A stretch of DNA of 64,000 nucleotides, taken from assembly GCF_003334355.1 (NCBI RefSeq), contig NZ_QOWP01000012.1. One strand, given 5' to 3'. This DNA comes from Escherichia coli (GTDB lineage: Bacteria > Pseudomonadota > Gammaproteobacteria > Enterobacterales > Enterobacteriaceae). Positions 36,066-48,069 of this stretch are shown piece by piece. Position numbers and translations under genes: made by a program. How positions within the stretch are numbered: the stretch's first letter is position 1; each line of letters opens with the position of its first letter. The notes under the pieces were generated by a model. It searched no databases and was not told the DNA's origin. It was given only the letters and a program-made list of their open reading frames with translations.

Positions 36066-36086
36066 CCTCTCCCCTATGGGGAGAGG
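36066..36086 (+). other. Intercistronic GC-rich stem-loop between glnH and glnP
   Basis: cctctccc-ctatg-gggagagg (8-bp stem) followed by a G-rich tract; lies inside the operon, so more likely an mRNA stabiliser or attenuator than a full terminator. Confidence 0.5.
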
Positions 36087-36170
36087 ATTAGGGTGAGGGG
36101 CGCAAACCCGCTCCGGGGCCATTAATTACCCTGAATTTGATTATTTACACCACGGTAACAGGAACAACAT

Positions 36171-36830
36171 ATGCAGTTTGACTGGAGTGCCATCTGGCCT
36201 GCCATTCCGCTTCTGATTGAAGGTGCCAAAATGACCCTGTGGATTTCGGTCCTCGGTCTGGCAGGCGGTCTGGTAATCGGATTGCTGGCAGGTTTTGCAC
36301 GCACCTTCGGAGGTTGGATAGCCAACCACATCGCGCTGGTCTTTATTGAAGTGATCCGCGGCACACCTATCGTCGTCCAGGTGATGTTTATTTATTTCGC
36401 CCTGCCGATGGCGTTTAACGACTTACGCATCGACCCATTTACTGCGGCGGTGGTCACCATCATGATCAACTCCGGCGCGTATATTGCGGAAATCACGCGT
36501 GGTGCGGTGCTGTCTATCCACAAAGGTTTTCGTGAAGCAGGACTGGCGCTCGGTCTTTCACGTTGGGAAACCATTCGCTACGTCATTTTACCGCTGGCAC
36601 TGCGTCGTATGCTGCCGCCGCTGGGTAACCAGTGGATCATCAGCATTAAAGACACCTCGCTGTTTATTGTGATCGGCGTGGCGGAACTGACCCGTCAGGG
36701 GCAAGAAATTATTGCCGGTAACTTCCGCGCCCTTGAGATCTGGAGCGCCGTGGCGGTGTTCTATCTGATTATTACCCTGGTGCTGAGCTTTATTCTGCGT
36801 CGTCTGGAAAGAAGGATGAAAATCCTGTGA
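36171..36830 (+). CDS. glnP: Glutamine ABC transporter permease GlnP
   Basis: 219-aa ORF; polar amino-acid permease family. Confidence 0.95.
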   Translation: MQFDWSAIWPAIPLLIEGAKMTLWISVLGLAGGLVIGLLAGFARTFGGWIANHIALVFIEVIRGTPIVVQVMFIYFALPMAFNDLRIDPFTAAVVTIMINSGAYIAEITRGAVLSIHKGFREAGLALGLSRWETIRYVILPLALRRMLPPLGNQWIISIKDTSLFIVIGVAELTRQGQEIIAGNFRALEIWSAVAVFYLIITLVLSFILRRLERRMKIL

Positions 36831-37549
36831 TTGAATTTAAAAACGTCTCCAAGCACTTTGGCCCAACCCAGGTGCTGCACAATATCGATTTGAACATTGC
36901 CCAGGGCGAAGTCGTGGTGATTATCGGGCCGTCCGGTTCCGGTAAATCGACCCTGCTGCGCTGCATCAACAAACTGGAAGAAATCACCTCCGGCGATCTG
37001 ATTGTCGATGGCCTGAAGGTTAACGATCCGAAAGTTGACGAGCGCCTGATTCGCCAGGAAGCAGGTATGGTGTTCCAGCAGTTTTACCTCTTCCCGCATC
37101 TGACGGCGCTGGAAAACGTCATGTTTGGCCCGCTACGCGTGCGTGGCGCGAACAAAGAAGAGGCGGAAAAACTGGCACGTGAGCTGCTGGCGAAAGTCGG
37201 TCTGGCAGAACGTGCACATCACTACCCTTCCGAACTTTCTGGTGGTCAACAGCAGCGTGTGGCGATTGCCCGCGCGCTGGCGGTGAAGCCGAAAATGATG
37301 CTGTTTGATGAACCGACTTCCGCTCTTGACCCGGAACTGCGCCATGAAGTGCTGAAGGTTATGCAGGATCTGGCTGAAGAAGGGATGACGATGGTGATCG
37401 TGACCCACGAAATCGGTTTTGCCGAGAAAGTAGCTTCGCGGCTGATCTTTATCGACAAAGGCCGGATTGCGGAAGATGGCAATCCGCAGGTGTTGATCAA
37501 GAACCCGCCGAGCCAGCGCTTGCAGGAATTTTTGCAGCACGTCTCTTAA
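36827..37549 (+). CDS. glnQ: Glutamine ABC transporter ATPase GlnQ
   Basis: 240-aa ORF; Walker A (GPSGSGKST), ABC signature (LSGGQQQRV), Walker B; start overlaps glnP stop by 4 bp. Confidence 0.95.
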   Translation: MIEFKNVSKHFGPTQVLHNIDLNIAQGEVVVIIGPSGSGKSTLLRCINKLEEITSGDLIVDGLKVNDPKVDERLIRQEAGMVFQQFYLFPHLTALENVMFGPLRVRGANKEEAEKLARELLAKVGLAERAHHYPSELSGGQQQRVAIARALAVKPKMMLFDEPTSALDPELRHEVLKVMQDLAEEGMTMVIVTHEIGFAEKVASRLIFIDKGRIAEDGNPQVLIKNPPSQRLQEFLQHVS

Positions 37550-37560
37550 TAAGACACATT

Positions 37561-37659
37561 GCCTGATGCGCTACGCTTATCAGGCCTACAGGATATCTGG
37601 CAACTTATTAAAATTGCATGAACTTGTAGGACGGATAAGGCGTTCACGCCGCATCCGGC
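37561..37659. repeat. BIME/RIP-like repeat (two inverted REP units around an A/T-rich core) downstream of glnQ
   Basis: gcctgatgcgctacgcttatcaggcctac ... aacttattaaaattgcatgaactt ... gtaggacggataaggcgttcacgccgcatccggc. Confidence 0.8.
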
Positions 37660-37809
37660 AAAAAAGCCCGCACGTTGTCAGCAACCTGCTTAATATCCCT
37701 TCCTCCCTTTCACCCGAAAGGGAGGCACACCAGATTCCTCTCATTTAAAATCGCCCCTCCTCCAGCATCTATACTTATCTTTTTGCTCTATTTTCTCACT
37801 GGAGGAGTC

Positions 37810-40035
37810 ATGCGGTGGATCCTGTTCATCCTCTTCTGCCTGCTGGGCGCACCTGCCCACGCGGTATCCATACCCGGCGTTACAACCACAACGACAACGG
37901 ACTCAACGACTGAACCGGCCCCGGAACCGGATATCGAACAAAAAAAAGCGGCCTATGGCGCACTGGCGGATGTGCTGGATAATGACACCTCGCGTAAAGA
38001 GTTGATCGACCAGTTGCGCACCGTTGCCGCTACGCCCCCTGCTGAACCGGTACCAAAAATAGTGCCGCCGACGCTGGTCGAAGAGCAAACCGTGCTGCAA
38101 AAGGTCACCGAAGTCAGCCGCCATTATGGTGAAGCCCTTTCCGCCCGCTTCGGGCAACTTTATCGCAATATCACCGGCTCCCCGCATAAGCCGTTTAATC
38201 CACAAACCTTCAGCAATGCGCTGACCCATTTTTCAATGTTAGCGGTATTAGTGTTTGGTTTTTACTGGCTGATTCGCCTGTGCGCACTGCCGCTGTATCG
38301 CAAAATGGGTCAGTGGGCGCGGCAAAAAAATCGTGAGCGCAGCAACTGGTTGCAGCTTCCGGCGATGATTATCGGGGCGTTTATTATCGACCTGCTGTTA
38401 CTGGCCCTGACATTATTTGTCGGCCAGGTATTAAGCGACAACCTGAATGCAGGCAGTCGCACCATCGCTTTCCAACAAAGTTTGTTTCTCAACGCCTTTG
38501 CCCTCATTGAATTTTTCAAAGCCGTACTACGCCTGATTTTTTGCCCAAACGTGGCGGAGCTGCGCCCGTTCACGATTCAGGACGAGAGCGCCCGTTACTG
38601 GAGTCGTCGCCTGAGCTGGTTAAGCAGTTTGATAGGTTATGGCCTGATTGTGGCCGTGCCGATTATCTCTAATCAGGTGAATGTACAGATAGGTGCGCTG
38701 GCGAACGTCATCATTATGCTGTGCATGACCGTCTGGGCGTTGTACCTGATCTTTCGTAATAAAAAAGAGATTACCCAGCATTTGCTCAACTTCGCGGAGC
38801 ATTCGCTGGCCTTTTTCAGCCTGTTTATCCGCGCCTTTGCGCTGGTGTGGCACTGGCTGGCAAGCGCCTATTTTATCGTGCTGTTTTTCTTTTCGTTGTT
38901 CGATCCGGGCAACAGCCTGAAATTTATGATGGGTGCAACGGTGCGCAGCCTGGCGATTATTGGTATCGCAGCGTTTGTTTCCGGTATGTTTTCCCGCTGG
39001 CTGGCGAAAACCATCACTCTCTCGCCACATACTCAGCGTAACTATCCGGAGCTGCAAAAACGGTTGAATGGCTGGCTGTCGGCGGCGCTGAAAACGGCGC
39101 GTATTCTGACAGTCTGCGTGGCGGTAATGTTGCTGTTGAGCGCATGGGGATTGTTCGATTTCTGGAACTGGCTGCAAAACGGCGCGGGGCAGAAAACCGT
39201 AGATATCCTGATCCGTATCGCACTCATTCTTTTCTTCTCGGCGGTTGGCTGGACGGTGCTCGCCAGTTTGATCGAAAACCGGCTGGCTTCGGATATTCAT
39301 GGCCGCCCGCTACCCAGCGCCCGCACGCGTACCCTGCTTACGCTGTTTCGTAACGCGCTGGCGGTGATTATCAGTACCATCACCATCATGATTGTGTTGT
39401 CGGAAATCGGCGTCAATATCGCGCCATTGCTGGCAGGTGCCGGGGCATTAGGTCTGGCTATCTCGTTTGGTTCGCAAACGCTGGTGAAAGATATTATCAC
39501 CGGGGTATTTATTCAGTTTGAAAACGGCATGAACACTGGAGATTTGGTGACTATCGGGCCGTTGACCGGCACAGTGGAACGGATGTCGATTCGCTCCGTG
39601 GGCGTACGCCAGGATACCGGGGCGTATCACATCATTCCGTGGTCTTCGATAACCACCTTTGCTAACTTTGTCCGCGGCATTGGTTCGGTGGTGGCAAATT
39701 ATGATGTTGATCGCCATGAAGATGCTGATAAAGCCAATCAGGCACTGAAAGATGCGGTAGCGGAATTAATGGAAAACGAAGAAATTCGCGGGCTGATTAT
39801 TGGTGAACCGAATTTTGCCGGGATTGTCGGCTTAAGCAATACCGCGTTTACACTGCGTGTTTCGTTCACCACGCTGCCACTCAAACAGTGGACGGTACGC
39901 TTTGCCCTCGACAGCCAGGTGAAAAAACATTTCGACCTGGCGGGCGTTCGCGCGCCAGTGCAGACTTATCAGGTGCTGCCTGCTCCGGGCGCGACCCCGG
40001 CTGAACCGTTACCGCCGGGGGAACCAACGCTTTAA
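37810..40035 (+). CDS. ybiO: MscS-family mechanosensitive channel YbiO
   Basis: ORF 37675..40035; start placed at ATG 37810 ([18 protein letters not shown] signal peptide) with ggagg RBS; 741 aa. Confidence 0.92.
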
Positions 40036-40958
40036 CGCTGGCGATTGACAAAACGGCGGCGCTGCTCGTCGTTCATAAAGGTCCAGGCAATAAAGCGACT
40101 CTGCTTTTGCCCCTGGGCCATCTCTTTTTTAACCACCTTCACCGCGCCCACGTCCGTCAGGGCACGATACAACGGCGGTAAGTTTTCACCACGAGATACC
40201 AGTGATGTAAACCACATCACCTGCTTCGCGAAGCCTTTGCTCTCTTCAATCATCTTTTTGATAAAGGTGACTTCACCGCCTTCACACCACAACTCCTGTT
40301 GCTGGCCGCCAAAGTTCAGTGCATCGTCTTTGTTCAGCCCCAGGTTACGGCGTTTACGCTCACTACCTGCCCGTGCCGCAGCGGCGGAATCGTGGAATGG
40401 CGGGTTACACAAGGTCGCGTCGTATTGCTCGTTTTTATGGATGATGCCGTTAAAAATCGCCCCACTCTCTTTTTGCCGACGCAGACGAATGGCGCGGTTA
40501 AGCCCCGGATTAGAACTGATAATCGCCTGCGCACTGCTTAACGCCTGGCTGCTGGTTTCACTACCGGTAAAACGCCAGCCATATTCATGTACGCCAATCA
40601 GCGGATAAATACAGTTCGCACCAACGCCGATATCCAGAATGCTGGCATTCGCTGGAATTGTTCCGCTTGCTTCTGCCAGTAAATCGGCAAGGTGATGAAT
40701 ATAATCCGCCCGGCCCGGTACTGGTGGGCAGAGAAAACCGTCGGGGATATCCCAGTTCGCTACGGCGTAAAAATGGGCCAGCAACGCCTTATTGAGCGCC
40801 TTCACCGCCAGCGGATTGGCAAAGTCTACGCTTTGCTCCCCGGCGGGTGTAAGCGTGAGGAATTGCCTGAGTTCAGGATTGACCTGACAAAGCGTGGCGA
40901 GATCGTAGCGGCTGTGATGACGGTTGCGCGGATGCAACCCCGGTTTCTGGGCGGACAT
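40032..40958 (-). CDS. rlmF: 23S rRNA m6A1618 methyltransferase RlmF (YbiN)
   Basis: ORF 40032..41039; start placed at [12 protein letters not shown]; 308 aa; SAM-MTase motif ([11 protein letters not shown]) and NPPF motif. Confidence 0.92.
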
Positions 40959-41233
40959 AGCATTCTCCTTTAAGCAGCGGCGTAAGATACCCGCATAACG
41001 CGACAGGGTAAATATCTGGCTGCGTTTATCATTCCCCAAAACCTTAACATGGCTATGGTTTATGGCAATTCATCATAAAAATCAGCATTATGCATGTCAT
41101 TGATTTGTCTTATTTTGTAAAAATATATCGTTCAAAAAATAAGCACATCTCTGTCAATTTTTTGCGTCATTTGCATCGCGCAGGCGACCTACACTTATCA
41201 GGCACTACCCGTTGTATTTATGAGGATGTCATT

Positions 41234-41494
41234 ATGAAAAAGTGCCTCACACTACTGATTGCCACCGTCCTGAGCGGAATCTCTCTCACGGCTTATGCCG
41301 CGCAACCGATGAGTAACCTGGACAGCGGTCAGCTACGGCCCGCCGGTACCGTTTCGGCAACTGGCGCATCAAACCTAAGCGATCTGGAGGATAAACTGGC
41401 AGAAAAAGCGCGCGAACAAGGCGCGAAAGGTTATGTCATTAATTCCGCAGGCGGAAATGACCAGATGTTCGGTACTGCAACCATCTACAAATAA
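41234..41494 (+). CDS. mcbA: DUF1471/YhcN-family periplasmic protein McbA (YbiM)
   Basis: ORF 41090..41494; start placed at MKKCLTLLIATVLSGISLTAYA (signal peptide); 86 aa. Confidence 0.9.
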   Translation: MKKCLTLLIATVLSGISLTAYAAQPMSNLDSGQLRPAGTVSATGASNLSDLEDKLAEKAREQGAKGYVINSAGGNDQMFGTATIYK

Positions 41495-41508
41495 CCCCAC
41501 CAACGTAA

Positions 41509-41535
41509 CTGCATTCGCCTCTGGATGCAGTTTTC
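41509..41535 (+). terminator. Intrinsic terminator downstream of mcbA
   Basis: ctgcattc-gcctct-ggatgcag followed by tttt. Confidence 0.65.
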
Positions 41536-41628
41536 GTCTGTTTTGTAATCAAAAAACATCAAATATGAACTCAATGTAAATAAATGTATTTCTTTTTCGC
41601 GCAATGGGTGATAGAAAATCGCTCCAAG

Positions 41629-41656
41629 TGATAATGCTTATCAAAATTATTATCAC
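41629..41656. promoter_or_regulatory. Fur box in the fiu promoter
   Basis: tgataatgcttatcaaaattattatcac, matching the GATAATGATAATCATTATC Fur consensus, about 100 bp upstream of the fiu ATG. Confidence 0.7.
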
Positions 41657-41758
41657 TTGCACAAACACTATCACGGGATTAACAGTGGCATCGCATCCGC
41701 AGAGATGCTTTCTCGTGGCAGTGAAAATTTCAACATATAAGAAAAAGTCACCTGCAAA

Positions 41759-44041
41759 ATGGAAAACAATCGCAATTTCCCTGCCAGACAATTTCATTCG
41801 CTCACGTTCTTTGCCGGTCTTTGTATTGGCATCACGCCTGTGGCTCAGGCACTCGCCGCCGAAGGGCAAACTAACGCGGATGACACGCTGGTTGTCGAAG
41901 CATCAACGCCTTCGCTTTATGCGCCACAACAATCTGCCGATCCGAAATTCTCGCGTCCGGTAGCGGATACTACCCGCACGATGACGGTAATTTCTGAACA
42001 AGTGATTAAAGATCAGGGCGCAACCAACCTTACCGACGCGCTCAAAAACGTCCCCGGCGTGGGTGCGTTTTTTGCGGGTGAGAACGGTAACTCCACCACT
42101 GGCGACGCCATTTATATGCGTGGTGCCGATACCTCTAACAGTATTTATATTGATGGCATTCGCGATATCGGCAGCGTCTCGCGCGACACCTTCAATACCG
42201 AGCAGGTCGAAGTGATTAAAGGGCCGTCCGGCACCGACTACGGGCGCAGCGCACCGACAGGCTCGATCAATATGATCAGCAAGCAGCCGCGCAATGATTC
42301 CGGCATTGACGCCTCCGCCAGTATTGGCAGCGCCTGGTTCCGCCGCGGCACGCTGGACGTCAATCAGGTCATTGGTGATACCACCGCGGTGCGCCTGAAT
42401 GTAATGGGCGAAAAAACGCACGATGCCGGACGCGACAAAGTCAAAAATGAGCGTTACGGCGTCGCCCCTTCTGTCGCTTTTGGCCTTGGTACAGCGAATC
42501 TTTTGTATCTTAATTATCTGCATGTCACCCAGCACAACACGCCAGACGGCGGCATTCCGACCATCGGTTTGCCGGGCTATTCTGCCCCATCTGCGGGAAC
42601 GGCGGCCCTGAATCATTCCGGAAAAGTTGATACTCATAACTTTTACGGCACGGATTCCGATTACGACGATTCGACCACCGACACCGCCACCATGCGTTTT
42701 GAGCACGACATCAACGATAACACCACCATTCGCAATACTACCCGTTGGTCGCGCGTAAAGCAGGATTACCTGATGACGGCGATTATGGGCGGGGCGTCGA
42801 ATATTACTCAGCCCACCAGCGATGTGAATAGCTGGACCTGGTCACGCACGGCGAATACCAAAGATGTGAGTAATAAAATTCTCACCAACCAGACCAACCT
42901 GACCTCGACGTTCTATACCGGTTCTATCGGTCATGATGTCAGTACCGGCGTGGAATTTACCCGTGAAACGCAGACTAACTACGGCGTTAATCCGGTGACG
43001 TTACCCGCGGTAAATATTTATCATCCTGACAGCAGCATTCATCCCGGCGGCCTGACGCGCAACGGCGCAAACGCCAATGGTCAGACGGATACCTTCGCAA
43101 TTTACGCCTTTGATACGCTGCAAATCACCCGTGATTTTGAGCTGAACGGCGGGATCCGTCTGGATAATTATCATACTGAATATGACAGTGCCACCGCCTG
43201 CGGCGGCAGCGGACGCGGTGCCATCACCTGCCCAACTGGTGTGGCAAAAGGTTCTCCGGTCACCACCGTCGACACCGCCAAGTCGGGCAATCTGATGAAC
43301 TGGAAAGCCGGGGCGCTGTATCACCTGACGGAAAACGGCAATGTCTATATTAACTATGCCGTTTCCCAGCAGCCTCCGGGCGGCAACAACTTCGCCCTTG
43401 CGCAGTCTGGCAGCGGTAACAGTGCCAACCGCACCGATTTTAAACCGCAAAAAGCCAACACCAGCGAGATTGGCACCAAATGGCAGGTTCTGGATAAACG
43501 TCTGTTGCTCACCGCCGCGCTGTTCCGCACTGATATCGAAAATGAAGTTGAGCAAAATGATGACGGAACTTACTCGCAATACGGTAAGAAACGCGTCGAA
43601 GGCTATGAGATATCCGTGGCCGGGAATATCACTCCCGCGTGGCAGGTGATTGGCGGCTATACCCAGCAAAAAGCAACCATCAAAAACGGCAAAGATGTTG
43701 CCCAGGATGGTTCCTCATCGCTGCCGTATACCCCGGAGCACGCCTTCACCTTATGGAGCCAATATCAGGCAACCGACGATATCTCTGTTGGCGCGGGCGC
43801 ACGCTATATCGGCAGTATGCATAAAGGTTCAGACGGCGCGGTGGGAACGCCAGCGTTTACCGAAGGTTACTGGGTCGCCGATGCCAAACTGGGGTATCGA
43901 GTTAATCGCAATCTCGACTTCCAGCTAAACGTTTACAACCTGTTTGATACCGATTACGTCGCCTCAATCAACAAGAGCGGCTACCGTTATCACCCGGGCG
44001 AGCCAAGAACCTTCTTGCTCACAGCCAATATGCATTTCTGA
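41759..44041 (+). CDS. fiu: TonB-dependent catecholate siderophore receptor Fiu
   Basis: 760-aa ORF; signal peptide, TonB box region, plug and 22-strand barrel with terminal Phe. Confidence 0.95.
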
Positions 44042-44048
44042 ATCAGAT

Positions 44049-44071
44049 GTGGGGCGCAGGCCCCACTTTTT
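44049..44071 (+). terminator. Hairpin plus T5 between fiu and ybiX (likely partial terminator/attenuator within the operon)
   Basis: gtgggg-cgcagg-ccccac followed by ttttt. Confidence 0.55.
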
Positions 44072-44082
44072 GGAGAAATTGT

Positions 44083-44760
44083 ATGATGTACCACATTCCC
44101 GGCGTGTTATCGCCACAGGACGTCGCTCGTTTTCGCGAACAACTGGAACAAGCCGAATGGGTGGATGGACGCGTCACCACCGGCGCACAAGGTGCGCAAG
44201 TTAAGAACAATCAACAGGTCGACACCCGCAGCACGTTATACGCCGCCCTGCAAAATGAGGTGCTGAACGCGGTTAACCAACATGCTTTATTCTTTGCCGC
44301 GGCCTTGCCGCGTACCCTTTCCACGCCGCTGTTTAATCGCTATCAGAACAATGAAACCTATGGTTTCCATGTGGATGGCGCAGTACGCAGCCATCCACAA
44401 AACGGCTGGATGCGTACTGACCTTTCTGCCACGCTGTTTTTAAGCGATCCACAAAGCTACGACGGCGGCGAACTGGTCGTTAATGACACCTTCGGACAAC
44501 ATCGGGTAAAACTCCCGGCAGGCGATCTCGTGTTGTATCCCTCCAGCAGCCTGCATTGCGTGACACCCGTAACCCGCGGCGTACGAGTGGCATCATTTAT
44601 GTGGATCCAGTCGATGATCCGCGATGATAAAAAGCGCGCCATGCTGTTTGAACTGGACAACAATATTCAGTCGCTGAAAAGCCGCTACGGCGAAAGTGAA
44701 GAGATCCTGTCGCTGCTTAATCTTTATCATAATCTGCTGCGGGAATGGTCGGAGATCTGA
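44083..44760 (+). CDS. ybiX: PKHD-type Fe(II)/2-oxoglutarate-dependent hydroxylase YbiX
   Basis: ORF 44047..44760; start placed at [10 protein letters not shown]; 225 aa; H-x-D...H iron-binding facial triad consistent with a 2OG oxygenase. Confidence 0.9.
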
Positions 44761-44833
44761 TGCTTGAACTGCCCGAGTTCGTCCCTGGATTAGCTACACT
44801 TAACTGTACAAGTATTGATATGGGGAGGTCGAT

Positions 44834-45034
44834 ATGGCATCCGGTTGGGCTAACGATGACGCCGTCAACGAACAGATCAACAGTACAATTGAAGATGCGA
44901 TTGCCCACGCTCGGGGTGAAATTCCGCGCGGCGAAAGCCTGGATGAATGTGAAGAGTGCGGTGCCCCCATCCCGCAGGCCCGTCGGGAAGCCATTCCTGG
45001 CGTGCGCTTATGTATTCATTGTCAGCAGGAGTAA
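44834..45034 (+). CDS. ybiI: DksA/TraR-type C4 zinc-finger protein YbiI; the ORF here ends 3 residues after the second CxxC (66 codons), possibly truncated
   Basis: MASGWANDDAV...CEEC...CIHCQQE then TAA at 45032; the frame stays open for 21 more codons to a TAA at 45098 (see findings). Confidence 0.8.
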   Translation: MASGWANDDAVNEQINSTIEDAIAHARGEIPRGESLDECEECGAPIPQARREAIPGVRLCIHCQQE

Positions 45035-45364
45035 GATTTACAAAAACCAGCTTATACAGGATATAATCGCAGAGGTTCGAAAGACAGCCAGTTACGTTAA
45101 CTACAACTGGCGAGATGCATAGCGAGTATAATTTGTATTTTGCGTGTCATTCCGTGCCTTTAACGCTGCTGTGACTGCCACGCGGTATAAAACAAGTTCA
45201 TAAGTACAACAAATAAATGGTTTATCAGTAGGTTAGATATCAATCAATTTATTTGAACAAGGCGGTCAATTCTCTTCGATTTTATCTCTCGTAAAAAAAC
45301 GTGATACTCATCACATCGACGAAACAACGTCACTTATACAAAAATCACCTGCGAGAGATTAATT

Positions 45365-45625
45365 ATGAAAACTATCAATACTGTTGTTGCTGCTATGGCT
45401 CTTTCAACTCTGTCATTTGGCGTGTTCGCGGCGGAACCGGTAACGGCATCCCAGGCACAGAACATGAATAAAATCGGCGTGGTTTCTGCCGATGGCGCAT
45501 CCACCCTCGATGCCCTGGAAGCGAAACTGGCTGAGAAAGCCGCGGCAGCCGGTGCCAGTGGATACAGCATCACTTCCGCCACCAACAACAATAAATTAAG
45601 CGGTACTGCGGTAATTTATAAGTAA
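45365..45625 (+). CDS. ybiJ: DUF1471/YhcN-family periplasmic protein YbiJ (paralog of McbA)
   Basis: 86-aa ORF with signal peptide; same domain architecture and C-terminal motif (GTAxIYK) as McbA. Confidence 0.92.
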   Translation: MKTINTVVAAMALSTLSFGVFAAEPVTASQAQNMNKIGVVSADGASTLDALEAKLAEKAAAAGASGYSITSATNNNKLSGTAVIYK

Positions 45626-45628
45626 TTC

Positions 45629-45749
45629 GTAGGACGGATAAGGCGTTTACGCCGCATCCGGCAACAGATGCCTGATGCGACGCTACCGCGTCTTATCAGG
45701 CCTACAAAATCCGAACCGTTGGACGGATCAGGCGTTTACGCTACGTCCA
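45629..45749. repeat. REP/BIME cluster (three REP units) between convergent ybiJ and ybiC
   Basis: gtaggacggataaggcgtttacgccgcatccggc / gcctgatgcgacgctaccgcgtcttatcaggcctac / ggacggatcaggcgtttacgctacgtccag. Confidence 0.8.
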
Positions 45750-45853
45750 GCACAAGTATTTCCCTGTCTGTTTGCCGACAGACGCATATGCTCTAACCCT
45801 CATTGATCCTATGTTACCCTTGTTTGCCCGTCCGCCACTGGACGGGCTTTTTT

Positions 45854-46951
<1,098 letters not shown>

Positions 46952-46996
46952 TTTATGTTATGTGTTTGTTGTATTTTTATGCTGCACGCCGGGCGT

Positions 46997-47073
<77 letters not shown>

Positions 47074-47079
47074 AAAGAA

Positions 47080-48042
<963 letters not shown>

Positions 48043-48069
48043 TTACGACTCCTTACCTGACTCACATCA

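Noticed and set aside
41903-42706. 267-aa ORF on the minus strand inside fiu, with similar long antisense ORFs at 43001..43669, 38620..39300, 26530..27324, 35622..36122, 20579..21178, 21686..22204, 51357..51866 and 47431..47985
   Set aside because: Each lies entirely antisense to a well-supported gene with recognisable motifs; the translations are low-complexity and Arg/Ala-rich, typical of shadow ORFs. No RBS or independent support.
44768-44833. Possible N-terminal extension of ybiI to account for an 88-aa product
   Set aside because: In-frame stops at 44801 (TAA) and 44816 (TGA) upstream of ATG 44834 exclude it.
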